Shown here: in pieces, positions 43,548 through 53,074 of the stretch
Layout of the letters: every line of letters starts with the position of its first letter
Position numbering within the stretch: the first letter of the stretch is position 1
Source of the DNA: an uncultured Acidobacteriota bacterium
Lineage (GTDB): Bacteria > Acidobacteriota > Thermoanaerobaculia > Multivoradales > DATKCC01
Direction of reading: 5' to 3'
Length of the DNA: 64,000 nt
Assembly (NCBI GenBank): GCA_963837945.1
Contig: CAWIQD010000026.1
Coordinates: forward strand, 151,754 to 215,753
Program-made: the position numbers and the translations under genes
Notes under the pieces: generated by a model
Seen by the model: only the letters and a program-made list of their open reading frames with translations
Told to the model about the DNA's origin: nothing
The model's database searches: none

Positions 43548-45263
43548 TCAGAATGGCGAGGCCAGTGCCCGGCCTTCGGGGGCCAGCTCGAGGGCACCGC
43601 GAACCGGCGGCTCGAGGGCTCTCGCGAGGCGCAGCAACGAGGCCGGAAGGAGCGGCCGGCGCTGCTGGAGGAAGATCTCGAGCCAGCCCGCGGGCTCCGG
43701 GTAGTAGGTGAGCCGAACCGACTGGCCGGCGGCCACCCCGGCGGCCTTCTTGGCGAGCTCGACCGCGCGGTCGATCCCTCCGAGCTCGTCGACCAGCCCG
43801 AGGCGGCGGGCGTCGCTGCCCAGCCAGACCCGGCCCCGGCCGATCCGGTCGACCGCCGCGCGGGTCATGCCGCGCCCTTCGGCGACCTGGCCGACGAAGG
43901 CGTCGTAGACCCGGTCCATCTCGCGCTGGATGACGGTGCGCTGCTCGGCGGTGAGCGGCGCCGGGTTGGCGAACAGGTCGGCGTGGGCGCCGCGCGCCAG
44001 CGGGTCGTGGGTGACGCCCAGCGTCTCGCGCTCGAAGCGCTCGGTGGCGAAGCGGCCGCTGATGACGCCGATCGAGCCGGTGATGGTGGCGGGCTCGGCG
44101 ACGATCTTCCGGGCCTTGGCGGCGATGTAGTAGCCGCCCGAGGCGGCGAGGTCGGACATCGAGACGACCACCGGCTTGTGCTCCTGGAGGCGGTCGAGCT
44201 CGCGCAGGATGAGGTCCGAGCCGAGCGCCGAGCCGCCCGGGCTGTCGATGCGCAGCACGACGGCCGCCACCGAGGAGTCGTCCGCGAGCTGGCGGAAGAT
44301 CCGGGTGAGCTCGTCCGACCCGACGAAGGTCTCCTCGGTCCAGGGTTGCGTTCCGCCCCCGCCGCGCACGATGGTGCCGGAGGCGAAGACGAGGGCGATC
44401 TGGCGGCCCGAGAAGGCCGGCGCCTGGCCCCAGGTCTCGAGCGGAGCGAGGCGCGGGTTGGTCGAGCCGGAGCGCTTCTCGACCAGGTCGCGGAACTCGT
44501 CGGGGTAGATCAGGGAGTCGACGAGGCCGGCGTCGACCGCCTCCTTGGGGGAGAGCGGCGCCCGGTCGATCAGGCCCCGGACCTCGGCGGGCGAGAGCTT
44601 GCGGCTCTCGGCGATGGCGTCGACGATCTGCGAGTACTCGCCGTCGAGGACCGCGTCCAGGGCCTGGCGGGCGGGCGGGCTGTGGTCGCTGCGGGTGAAC
44701 TGCTCGCCGGCGCTCTTGTACTCCCCGACGGTCAGGAACTCGGGCTCGATCTTGAGCTTGTCGAGCGTGCCGCGCAGGAAGTAGGAGTCGGCGTAGAGCC
44801 CCATCAGGTTGACCGAGCCGACCGGCGCCAGGTGGATGTGGTCGCAGGCGGTCGCCAGGTAGTAGCCGAGGGTGCCGTTGCCGCCTTCGCCGATCGACTC
44901 GAAGTAGCACTCGACGAACTTGCCCGCCGCCGAGATCTCCCGGAGCTGGTGGCGGAACTCCTGGGCCTTGGCGAGCCCGAAGCCGGTGTCGCGGATGTAG
45001 AGCGCGACCCCGGCGACCGAGGAGTCCCGGCGGGCGGCGCGGAAGCCCCGATAGAGGTTGGCGACGCTCTCGCCGGGAGCGTAGGCCGAGAAGCCTGGCA
45101 GCGAGGCCGCGCTCTGCTCCGGCACCTTCCCCTCGACCCGCCAGACCAGCACGGTGGGGCCGCCGAGGTGAGGACCCTCGCCCCCGGAGAGAAGGATCCC
45201 GAGGACGGTCGCGGCCGCGGCGAAGAGGACCAGGACGGCGAAGACGATGATGAGCTTCTTCAT
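43548..45263 (-). CDS. sppA: Signal peptide peptidase SppA (protease IV, 67K type)
   Basis: N-terminal TM anchor, two ClpP/crotonase-like domains, catalytic Ser/Lys contexts. 571 aa. Confidence 0.85.
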   Translation of the reverse strand: MKKLIIVFAVLVLFAAAATVLGILLSGGEGPHLGGPTVLVWRVEGKVPEQSAASLPGFSAYAPGESVANLYRGFRAARRDSSVAGVALYIRDTGFGLAKAQEFRHQLREISAAGKFVECYFESIGEGGNGTLGYYLATACDHIHLAPVGSVNLMGLYADSYFLRGTLDKLKIEPEFLTVGEYKSAGEQFTRSDHSPPARQALDAVLDGEYSQIVDAIAESRKLSPAEVRGLIDRAPLSPKEAVDAGLVDSLIYPDEFRDLVEKRSGSTNPRLAPLETWGQAPAFSGRQIALVFASGTIVRGGGGTQPWTEETFVGSDELTRIFRQLADDSSVAAVVLRIDSPGGSALGSDLILRELDRLQEHKPVVVSMSDLAASGGYYIAAKARKIVAEPATITGSIGVISGRFATERFERETLGVTHDPLARGAHADLFANPAPLTAEQRTVIQREMDRVYDAFVGQVAEGRGMTRAAVDRIGRGRVWLGSDARRLGLVDELGGIDRAVELAKKAAGVAAGQSVRLTYYPEPAGWLEIFLQQRRPLLPASLLRLARALEPPVRGALELAPEGRALASPF

Positions 45264-46285
45264 GGACGAGTGCTCTCCTGCCCGAGCAGATGGTCGCGCC
45301 AGCGGGCAACGTCCCGAGCGCGCAGCCGCGCCAGGTGGCAGACGGCGTCGCCGGGGTGGACCAGCGGCGAGCGGGTCAGGCCGATCACGATGCCGCCCGC
45401 GGGCGCCTCGAGCTGGCTGCGCTCGCGGCCGAACGGGTTGGTGTTGATCGAGATGACCTGGCCGCGGCGAACGGGGTCTCCGAGCGAGACCTTGAGGTCG
45501 AGGATACCGCCGGCGTTCGCCCGGAGCCAGGTGCTCTTCTTGACCTCGAGGCGCAGGGGCGGCGGCTCGGGCCGGCCGTCGGGGAGCATCCCCAGGTGGC
45601 CGAGCACCCGGAGGACGCCGGCGATACCGACGTCGATCAGGCGCCGCTCGAACACCCGGGAGCTCCCCGCCTCGTAGACGATCGTCGGCACCCCGGAGTC
45701 CGCCGCCGCCCGGCGCAGGGCGCCCTCCGGCCCGCGGCCGTGGATCACCAGCGGGCAGCCGAAGGCTGCGGCCAGCTCGCTGACCCGCGGGTCGGCGAGG
45801 TCGGCGCGGACGTGCGGGAAGTTGGCTCGGTCGCCGCCCGCCGTGTGGAGGTCGATGCCGTAGTCGCTCCGGTGCACCACGTCCCGGAACATCCGCTGGG
45901 CGAGCCGGGCGGTGAACGAGCCGTCGGCGTGGCCGGGGAACGAGCGGTTGAGGTCGCGGCCGTCCGGCAGGGTGCGGCTCTGGTTGAGGAAGCCGGGCAC
46001 GTTGACCACCGGCACCGCGATCAGGCAGCCGGAGAGGCCCGAGAGGTCATGGTCGATCAGCAGGTTGCGGATGATCGCGACGCCGTTGAGCTCGTCGCCG
46101 TGAACCGCGGCGGTGAGGAAGAGCGTCGGTCCCGGCTGCAGGCCCCGGACCACGGTCAAGGGGACGTAGAGCGGGTCGGCGGTGTAGAACTCGCTCACCT
46201 CCAGGCGCACCTCGGCCGACTCTCCCGGCGCGATCGTCCGGCCGCCGAGCCGGATCGGCCGCCAGGCCGGCGCGGCGCCGGTCAC
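45260..46285 (-). CDS. Succinylglutamate desuccinylase/aspartoacylase (AstE/AspA) family zinc hydrolase
   Basis: Motif [11 protein letters not shown], conserved HxxxE region. Overlaps rimK by 4 bp. Confidence 0.8.
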   Translation of the reverse strand: MTGAAPAWRPIRLGGRTIAPGESAEVRLEVSEFYTADPLYVPLTVVRGLQPGPTLFLTAAVHGDELNGVAIIRNLLIDHDLSGLSGCLIAVPVVNVPGFLNQSRTLPDGRDLNRSFPGHADGSFTARLAQRMFRDVVHRSDYGIDLHTAGGDRANFPHVRADLADPRVSELAAAFGCPLVIHGRGPEGALRRAAADSGVPTIVYEAGSSRVFERRLIDVGIAGVLRVLGHLGMLPDGRPEPPPLRLEVKKSTWLRANAGGILDLKVSLGDPVRRGQVISINTNPFGRERSQLEAPAGGIVIGLTRSPLVHPGDAVCHLARLRARDVARWRDHLLGQESTRP

Positions 46286-47169
46286 CTAGCGCCGTCCAGG
46301 TGGTCGAGCATGAACTGCACCATGGCTCCGGCCACGTCGACGCCGGTGGCGGACTCGATCCCCTGGAGGCCCGGAGAGCTGTTGACCTCGAGGACCATCG
46401 GGCCGTCGGCCGAGGGCATCAGGTCGACCCCCGCGATGTTCAGGCCCAGGACGTGCGCCGCCTCGAGGGCGGTGCGCTCGTACTCGGGCTCGAGCTCGAC
46501 GGCCGAGGTCGAGCCGCCCCGGTGGACGTTCGAGCGGAACTCCCCGGGGGCGGCCTGCCGGCGCATGGCGGCGACCACCCGGTCGCCGACCACGATCGCC
46601 CGGATGTCCTGGCCCCGGGCCTCGCGGATGAAGGCCTGGATCAGGATGTTCTGCTTGAGCGAGCGCATGGCGTCGAGGACCGACTCGGCCGAGCCGACCG
46701 ACTCGGCCAGGATGACGCCGACCCCCTGCGTTCCCTCGAGGAGCTTGAGCACCACCGGCGTGCCGCCGACCCGCTTGATCGCGTCGCGCAGGTCCTCCCG
46801 GCGGCGGGCGAAGGCGGTCGGCGGGATGCCGATGTCATGGCGCGAGAAGAGCTGGAGGGTGCGCAGCTTGTCGCGGCTGCGGGCCACCGCCTGGCTCTCG
46901 TTGGCGGCGAACACGCCCATCATCTCGAACTGCCGGAGCACCGCCAGGCCGTAGAAGGTGATCGAAGCCCCGATCCTCGGGATGATGCCGTCGAGGTCCC
47001 GGACCGCCCGGCCGTGGTAATCGATCTCCGGGCGGCGCTTGGAGAGGTTCACCACGCAGTGGAGCGCGTCGATGACGACCGCCTGCGCTCCCCGGGCCTG
47101 GGCCGCCTCGACGAGGCGGGCGGTGGAGTAGAGCTTCGGGTTGCGCGACAGGACTGCGAGCTTGGCCAT
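46282..47169 (-). CDS. rimK: RimK-family ATP-grasp alpha-L-glutamate ligase
   Basis: [19 protein letters not shown] start, ATP-grasp motifs, 295 aa. Confidence 0.85.
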   Translation of the reverse strand: MAKLAVLSRNPKLYSTARLVEAAQARGAQAVVIDALHCVVNLSKRRPEIDYHGRAVRDLDGIIPRIGASITFYGLAVLRQFEMMGVFAANESQAVARSRDKLRTLQLFSRHDIGIPPTAFARRREDLRDAIKRVGGTPVVLKLLEGTQGVGVILAESVGSAESVLDAMRSLKQNILIQAFIREARGQDIRAIVVGDRVVAAMRRQAAPGEFRSNVHRGGSTSAVELEPEYERTALEAAHVLGLNIAGVDLMPSADGPMVLEVNSSPGLQGIESATGVDVAGAMVQFMLDHLDGAR

Positions 47170-47176
47170 GAGCTTC

Positions 47177-47632
47177 CTAGGAGAGCCGCGGTTGGAGGTA
47201 CTTGCGGGCGACGTCGACGACGAAGTCCCCCTCGAGAGCCTTCCGGCCCAGGATCATACGGAAGAGCATGGTCGAGCGATCGGTGAGGGTGATACGGATC
47301 CGCTTCTCGACCGGTCCGAGCACCACCAGGGTCTCGATCACCGGGCGGATCTCCCGGTGCCCTCCGGAGTCGGTCACCCCGATGCGCGCGAGCTGCCGGA
47401 CCCGCGCCGTGATCCGGCGCTCGGGCCGGCGGCGGTCGGGCGCCAGGACGATCTCGAGGTCGGCCTGACCCCCCGCCAGCTCGGCGACGGTGCGCAGCGA
47501 AGCGACGTGCAGGGAGGACGTTCGGGCGCCGGTGTCGACCTTCGCCTTGCACGACGGGACGCCGAGCTCCGGCAGCGCCACGTACTCCTTCCACCCGATG
47601 AGGACGCCGGGCCGCTCCGGGCGGTCGGTCAT
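47177..47632 (-). CDS. RimK-associated retropepsin-like putative aspartic protease (DUF785/ATP-dependent zinc protease family)
   Basis: Trimmed to ATG 47632. Conserved VDTGARTS (D-T/S-G). Common genomic partner of rimK. Confidence 0.65.
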   Translation of the reverse strand: MTDRPERPGVLIGWKEYVALPELGVPSCKAKVDTGARTSSLHVASLRTVAELAGGQADLEIVLAPDRRRPERRITARVRQLARIGVTDSGGHREIRPVIETLVVLGPVEKRIRITLTDRSTMLFRMILGRKALEGDFVVDVARKYLQPRLS

Positions 47633-48202
47633 TCGGAAAATCCTACCAGAGGGAGGCCCCGGACCCGAGTGCCCATTTGGCAGCAAGGAGATTGCGACCG
47701 TCGCCAGGCGCCACGCTTCGGCACCGGTGCCGTCCGGGCGCAGCCCGCGAGGGCAAAGGCCCGGGGGGACTCAGCGACCCTCCGCGGAGCGCCCGTTCGG
47801 GCGGACCGGAGGAGCCGGCCGAGAGGCCCCGGCCGGGAATGAAAGACCCTGGCACATGGGTTGCAAGAATCGAAGACAGCAAACGACTGGAAGCGGGAAG
47901 GTTCCTCCAACCACCACTAGCCCACCACTAATCCCAATCCACTACGCTCACCACATCCCCCTAAACGACACAGGGGTAGATTCCTAGATCCCACCCCGAA
48001 CCGGAGCCTTCCCCTTCCGCTTCACTCCCCTCCGGTTGCCCGGCATCATCACCGAATCGAGTCGCGCGGTCTAGTCGCGCTGCGGCATCGCCCTCGACAG
48101 TGAAGGTCGGCTCGTGCGGCCGAATCGGCAGGCGTGCCTGTCGCGATCGCCAGATTGGCATCCGGCGGACGCTCGTCGTGCCGCGCCGCGTAGAATCCGG
48201 CC

Positions 48203-49264
48203 GTGCCCGCCTCGGCCGATCTCCTCGCCTGGTACGACCGTCATCGCCGCGCGCTGCCGTGGCGGCGCGACCGCGATCCGTACCGCGTCTGGATCTCGGA
48301 GATCATGCTCCAGCAGACCCGCGTCGAAACGGTCCTCCCCTATTACCGGCGCTTCCTCGAGCGCTTCCCGACGGTCGAGGCCCTGGCGGCGGCACCGCTC
48401 GACGACGTGCTGGCGCTGTGGTCCGGGCTGGGCTACTACCGCCGCGCCCGCCAGCTCCACGCCGCCGCCGGACGGATCGCCCGGCGGGGATTCCCCGAGA
48501 GCGCGGCCGGCCTGGCGGAGCTTCCGGGCATCGGGGCCTACACGGCGGCGGCGATCGCCTCGATCGCCTTCGGCGAGGCGGTGCCGGTGGTCGACGGCAA
48601 CGTCGAGCGGGTCGTGGCGCGCCGGCTGGCCCTCGCCGAGGACCCGAAGCGCGCGCCGGCCGGCCGGCTCATCCGGGCGGCCGCCGGCGAGCTGGTCGAT
48701 CCGCGGCGGCCGGGCGACAGCAACCAGGCGCTGATGGAGGTGGGGGCGACGATCTGCGCGCCCCGCGCCCCGCGCTGCCTGCTCTGTCCGCTGGCCGAAG
48801 GCTGCCGGGCCCGCGAGCTGGGCGATCCCGAGCGCTTCCCGCCGGCGCGCAAGCGCCGGGCGCCCGAGCGGGTGCACCGTGTCGTGGCCTGGGTCGAGCG
48901 GGACGGCCGCCACCTCCTCTTCCGGCGACCGGACGGCGAGGAGCTCCTGGCGGGCACCTGGGAGCTGCCCTGGTGCGAGCCGGCGGCGGCGCCGCGGCAG
49001 GTCGATCGGGCGGCGGTCGAGGGCGACCTGGGCCGGCGCTACGGAGGACGGTGGGCGCTCGCGGAGGCCGTCGCCCGGGCGCGCCACTCGATCACCTACC
49101 GGGCGATCGAGCTCGACGTCTGGCGCGCGTGGGTGGAGCGGGGTGGCCACGGGGTCGCCGAGGGGCCGGAGGCGGGCTGGTTCAGCGCCCGGGAGCTCGC
49201 GGCCGTCGCCACGTCCTCGATGGTGTCCAAGGTGCTGGCTGCGGTCGGCGCCGCCGGGTCCTGA
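48203..49264 (+). CDS. mutY: A/G-specific adenine DNA glycosylase MutY
   Basis: HhH-GPD domain, 4Fe-4S loop Cx6CxxCx5C (CAPRAPRCLLCPLAEGC), C-terminal NUDIX-like domain. Confidence 0.9.
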   Translation: MPASADLLAWYDRHRRALPWRRDRDPYRVWISEIMLQQTRVETVLPYYRRFLERFPTVEALAAAPLDDVLALWSGLGYYRRARQLHAAAGRIARRGFPESAAGLAELPGIGAYTAAAIASIAFGEAVPVVDGNVERVVARRLALAEDPKRAPAGRLIRAAAGELVDPRRPGDSNQALMEVGATICAPRAPRCLLCPLAEGCRARELGDPERFPPARKRRAPERVHRVVAWVERDGRHLLFRRPDGEELLAGTWELPWCEPAAAPRQVDRAAVEGDLGRRYGGRWALAEAVARARHSITYRAIELDVWRAWVERGGHGVAEGPEAGWFSARELAAVATSSMVSKVLAAVGAAGS

Positions 49265-49279
49265 GCCGCGGGCGGTGGC

Positions 49280-50276
49280 CTACGCCTTCGTCTCTTCCGT
49301 GCCGCCGCCGCCCGCCAGGATGTACCAGCCGATCAGCTTGTCGTCGAGCTCGCGCAGGCGCTTGGCGACCAGCGAGCACAGCAGCTTGAGGAGCGGCAGC
49401 GACGAGACCTTGCCGATGTCCAGGATGCCGCCCAGGACCTCGCCGCGGGATGGCGAGGACCACCGCGCCGCCCTCGTGGGCGCGGGCGTCCGCCGAGCGG
49501 GGCTCGCGGTCGATCAGGGCCATCTCGCCGAAGTAGTCGCCGCGCTCGAGGAAGGCGAGGGCCTCCTCGCCGGCGCCCGGGATGTACTTCGAGATCATCA
49601 CCCGGCCCTCGAGGACGACGTACATCTCGTCGCCCGGATCGCCTTCGCGGAACAGCACCTCGTTGGGATGGAGCTTGCGCTCCTGGGAGAGGCTGGTCAG
49701 GAAGTTGATCTCGAGGCTCGAGAGCCGCTGCTCTTCGAAGAGCTTGCGCTTCGAGGCGAGGTCGACCCGGAACTCGCCGGCGACCGGGCCGCCGGCGGGC
49801 GGCGCCTCGGTGCCCGGAGGCCGGCCGCCCTTGGAGAAGAACTGCTCGAGCCGGGAGTTGGTGGCCCGCAGCTTCCGGGAGAGGCTCTTCCAGAAGGTCC
49901 AGTAGAGGGCGAGGGCGAGCCGTCGCTCGCCGTCGAGGGCGGAGGCGAGGGCGACCGGGTTGAAGCCGAGCAGCTCGGTGTCGCCCTCGGTCATGGCGTC
50001 GCCGGAGCGGGTGTTGCGGTCGACGAAGGCGGTCTCGCCGAAGAGCTCGCCGGGGCCGAGGGTGGCGAGGGCGTACTGGCCGTACGGGGTGTGGCGGTGG
50101 ATGCGGACCCTGCCGGCTTCGATCAGATAGGCGTCGAAGGTGGAGTCGCCCTCTTTGACGATGGTGACGCCGGTGGGGTATCGGGTGAGGGAGACGCAGC
50201 CGTCGAGGGCGTCGAGCTGCTCGTTGGTGAAGTGGGAAAAGGCATCCCACCTGCGGAGACGCTGAGGAACCTTCAC
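49280..50276 (-). CDS. Tandem cyclic-nucleotide-binding (CAP effector) domain protein; apparent +1 frameshift near 49440-49452
   Basis: Two cNMP-binding domains (GELFGETAF; GDYFGEMALI..RSA). C-terminal 53 aa (EVLGGILDIGK..LIGWYILAGGGGTEETKA*) only in the +1 frame ending TAG 49280-82. Confidence 0.7.
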
Positions 50277-50383
50277 GGTGGGGGGAAGTCTATCCGAAGG
50301 ACGGCGGGCTGCGGGGTCTGCGAGGCGGGGGTCGAGGTGGTTGGGGCGTGGTGGGGGTGCCAACGGCCCGGTGGGCGGTGGCT

Positions 50384-50800
50384 CTTCGGCGGCGGACTGC
50401 GCCGGCGAAGAGCCACGCATCCCCCCGGGCCTGCGTACGACCGGACTGCGGACGGCTGGGCCCGCCGCCCATCGGGTAGAGGGAAATGGGGGGAATCGGC
50501 GGGATCGGACTCCCGGAGGGCACCGAACCAATGAAGCGGCCGAGCTCTGCCTCGGCCGGGCGATCAATGCGGCGAGCAGCGATCGGTCCGCCGGAGCCGG
50601 AAGCGGACCCCTGCCGATTCCGGTTCCGGGCCGTCTGCCTCGGCCGGGCGATCCTGGGCGAGCACCGAGCGGCTGCCGGAGGCGAGCCCGGACTCATCCG
50701 ACCCCGGTCCCCGGGCCGAGCTCTGCCTCGGCCGGGCGATCTTCGGGGTGAGCACCGAGCGGCCAGCCGGAGCCGAGCCAGGATCCATTCCGACCCCGTC
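50384..50800. repeat. Intergenic repeat locus B: copy of the locus-A element followed by three tandem ~88-bp units each containing the cggccgag..ctcggccg hairpin
   Basis: ggcggcggactgcgccggcgaagagccacgca.. resembles 32961-. Units at ~50537, 50626, 50716 share ctgcctcggccgggcgatc...gagcaccgagcgg...ccggagccg. Confidence 0.7.
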
Positions 50801-50810
50801 CCCGGGCGGC

Positions 50811-52091
50811 TCAGCGCTGCGCCACCTCCTCCTCCAGCAGCTCGAGAGCCGTCGCGAGCTGCGCCTCGGTGATGGTCAGCGGCGGGGTGATCTGGAGGAC
50901 TCTCCCCTCGGGGCCTCCGGCGAGGGCGAGGACCCCGCGTTCGAGGAGGGCGCGGACGACCCGCTTGGCGGTGGCGGCGTCACGGAGCTCGACACCCCAG
51001 AGAAGGCCCAGGCCGCGGACGGCGCCTACCTTCTCGTAGCGCTCGAGCCAGGGGCCGAGGCGGGCGGCGATCTCCTCGCCGAGGTGCTCGGCCCGGGCGG
51101 GAAGCGTCTCTTCTTGCAGGACGTCGAGGACCGCGAGGGCGGCGGCGCAGGCGGGGGGGTTGGCGAGGAAGGTGGCGGTGTGGAGGGCTTCGGCGCCCGC
51201 CTCCCAGCACGCCATCACCTCCCGGCGCCCGATCGTCGCCGCGATCGGCAGGCCGCCGCCCAGGGCCTTGCCGCAGCAGAGGAGATCGGGGCGGACGCCC
51301 TCGCGCTCGACGGCGAAGAGCCGGCCGGTGCGGCCGAAGCCGGTGAAGACCTCGTCGGCGACGAGCAGCACGCCGTGCTCGCGGCAGAGGGCGGCCACCT
51401 TCGGGAGCCAGCCGGCGGGCGGCGGGATCACGCCTTCGCGGCCGACCACCGGCTCGAGGATGAGCGCACCCGGCCGGGCGTCTCCGAGCAGGCGCTCGAG
51501 GCTCCCCGGCTCGGCGCCGTAGGGGAGGCGGTGGACGTGGGGGTGGAGGTGGGCCTCGAAGGGGCGGCGGAAGGCCGGCCGCGAGGTGGCCCCCAGCGCT
51601 CCGAGCGTGACCCCGTGGTACGACGGGTCGAAGGCCACGATCCCCGGCCGGCCGGTCGCGAGCAGCGCGCTCTTCAGGGCGACCTCGACGGCGTCGGCGC
51701 CCGAGATCGCGAAGTGCACCCGGGGATCGTCGACCGGGGCGAGAGCCGCGAGGCGCCGGGCGAGCTCGATCCGCGCCGGGTGGGCGGCGACGTCGCCCAG
51801 GCCGTGGAGGAGGCGTCCGGCCTGGGCGGCGGCCGCCGCCACGACCCGCGGGTGGCGGTGCCCGACCGCGGCGACGCCGAAGCCGGCGGTCAGGTCGAGG
51901 TAGCGGTTGCCGTCGACGTCGAGGACGTTGGCCCCGAGCGCCTCGGCCCAGACGATCGAGCCCTCGCCGCCCACCAGGGTGTTGACCCCCGGCGCCTCGG
52001 TGGCGGCGAGCTCGCGCCAGAGCGAGCGCGAGCGGGGGCCGGGCGGGGGGACCGGGACGTCGGGCGGGAGATCGCCGGAGCGGAGGGACAT
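50811..52091 (-). CDS. Class III pyridoxal-phosphate aminotransferase (acetylornithine/4-aminobutyrate aminotransferase-like)
   Basis: PLP-lysine context LLCCGKALGGG, DEVFTGFGRTG motif, 426 aa. Confidence 0.85.
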   Translation of the reverse strand: MSLRSGDLPPDVPVPPPGPRSRSLWRELAATEAPGVNTLVGGEGSIVWAEALGANVLDVDGNRYLDLTAGFGVAAVGHRHPRVVAAAAAQAGRLLHGLGDVAAHPARIELARRLAALAPVDDPRVHFAISGADAVEVALKSALLATGRPGIVAFDPSYHGVTLGALGATSRPAFRRPFEAHLHPHVHRLPYGAEPGSLERLLGDARPGALILEPVVGREGVIPPPAGWLPKVAALCREHGVLLVADEVFTGFGRTGRLFAVEREGVRPDLLCCGKALGGGLPIAATIGRREVMACWEAGAEALHTATFLANPPACAAALAVLDVLQEETLPARAEHLGEEIAARLGPWLERYEKVGAVRGLGLLWGVELRDAATAKRVVRALLERGVLALAGGPEGRVLQITPPLTITEAQLATALELLEEEVAQR

Positions 52092-52118
52092 GGCTCGGTG
52101 CCGGCGCGGGGGCCGGGC

Positions 52119-52709
52119 TCAGATCTCGCGGCGGCCGGCGAGCGAGCGGCCGAGGGTGACCTCGTCGGTGTACTCGATGTCGCCGCCGACCGGCATCCCG
52201 AAGGCGAGACGGGTCACCCGCGGCCCGCGGGGCTTGAGCAGCCGCGCGAGGTAGAGGGCGGTCGCCTCCCCCTCGACGTTGGGGTTGGTCGCCAGGATCA
52301 CCTCGTCGATCCCGTCCAGGCGGGCCATCAGGGAGTCTACGGCGAGCTGGTCCGGACCGATGCCGCGCTGCGGCGAGAGGGCTCCGAGCAGGACGTGGTA
52401 GAGCCCGCGGTACTCGCCCGTGCGCTCGATCGGCGCGATGTTGAACGGCTCCTCGACGACGCAGAGCGAGCGCCGGTCGCGCTCGGGATCGGCGCAGAAG
52501 CGGCAGGGGTCGACCGCGGTGATGGCGTTGCAGGTCGAGCAGTGGAAGAGGCGGTCCTTGACCTCGAGGATCGAGCTCGAGAGCGCCTCGGCCTCGGAGC
52601 GCGGGACCCGCAGCAGGTGATGGGCCAGGCGGGTCGCCGTCTTGGTTCCGATGCCGGGCAGGCGGGAGAGCTCTCCGACGAGGCGGGCGAGAGGATCGGG
52701 AGTCGTCAT
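52119..52709 (-). CDS. recR: Recombination protein RecR
   Basis: HhH (LPGIGTKTA), C4 zinc finger (CSTCNAITAVDPCRFC), Toprim domain. ATG 52709. Confidence 0.9.
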   Translation of the reverse strand: MTTPDPLARLVGELSRLPGIGTKTATRLAHHLLRVPRSEAEALSSSILEVKDRLFHCSTCNAITAVDPCRFCADPERDRRSLCVVEEPFNIAPIERTGEYRGLYHVLLGALSPQRGIGPDQLAVDSLMARLDGIDEVILATNPNVEGEATALYLARLLKPRGPRVTRLAFGMPVGGDIEYTDEVTLGRSLAGRREI

Positions 52710-52768
52710 CGGTCCCCCATGGGGGGGCGCCCGCCCCCGGGTGAGCCGAGCGGCAGCAGTCGCGGCAT

Positions 52769-53074
52769 CTACAGCAGGTCCGGCATGCCGGGGATGCCGG
52801 AGGCGAGCGAGCCCATCCGGCTCTGCAGCTGCTCGTCGACCTGGCGGCCCGCCTGGTTGACCGCCGCGACGATCAGGTCCTGGACCATCTCGGGGTCTTG
52901 CGGGTCGAGGACCTCCGGGTCGATCGTGACCGCCAACAGCTCCTTGTGGCCGCTCATCCTCACCGTCACCATGCCGCCGCCGACGCTCGTCTCGACCACC
53001 AGCTCGGCGAGCTCGCGCTGCATCTTCTCCTGCATCTGCTGCGCCTGCTTCATCAGTTGGCGGATGTTGGTCAT
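52769..53074 (-). CDS. ybaB: Nucleoid-associated protein YbaB/EbfC
   Basis: 101 aa, MTNIRQLMKQAQQMQEKMQ.. and family-typical C-terminus. Confidence 0.9.
   Translation of the reverse strand: MTNIRQLMKQAQQMQEKMQRELAELVVETSVGGGMVTVRMSGHKELLAVTIDPEVLDPQDPEMVQDLIVAAVNQAGRQVDEQLQSRMGSLASGIPGMPDLL

Noticed and set aside
47860-48010. GC-poor segment as tmRNA, RNase P RNA or 6S RNA
   Set aside because: None of the hallmark motifs (tmRNA GGGG...UUCGAcgg 5' end and tRNA-like 3' end; RNase P GNRA/P4 boxes; SRP domain IV) could be found by eye. Left as unassigned.
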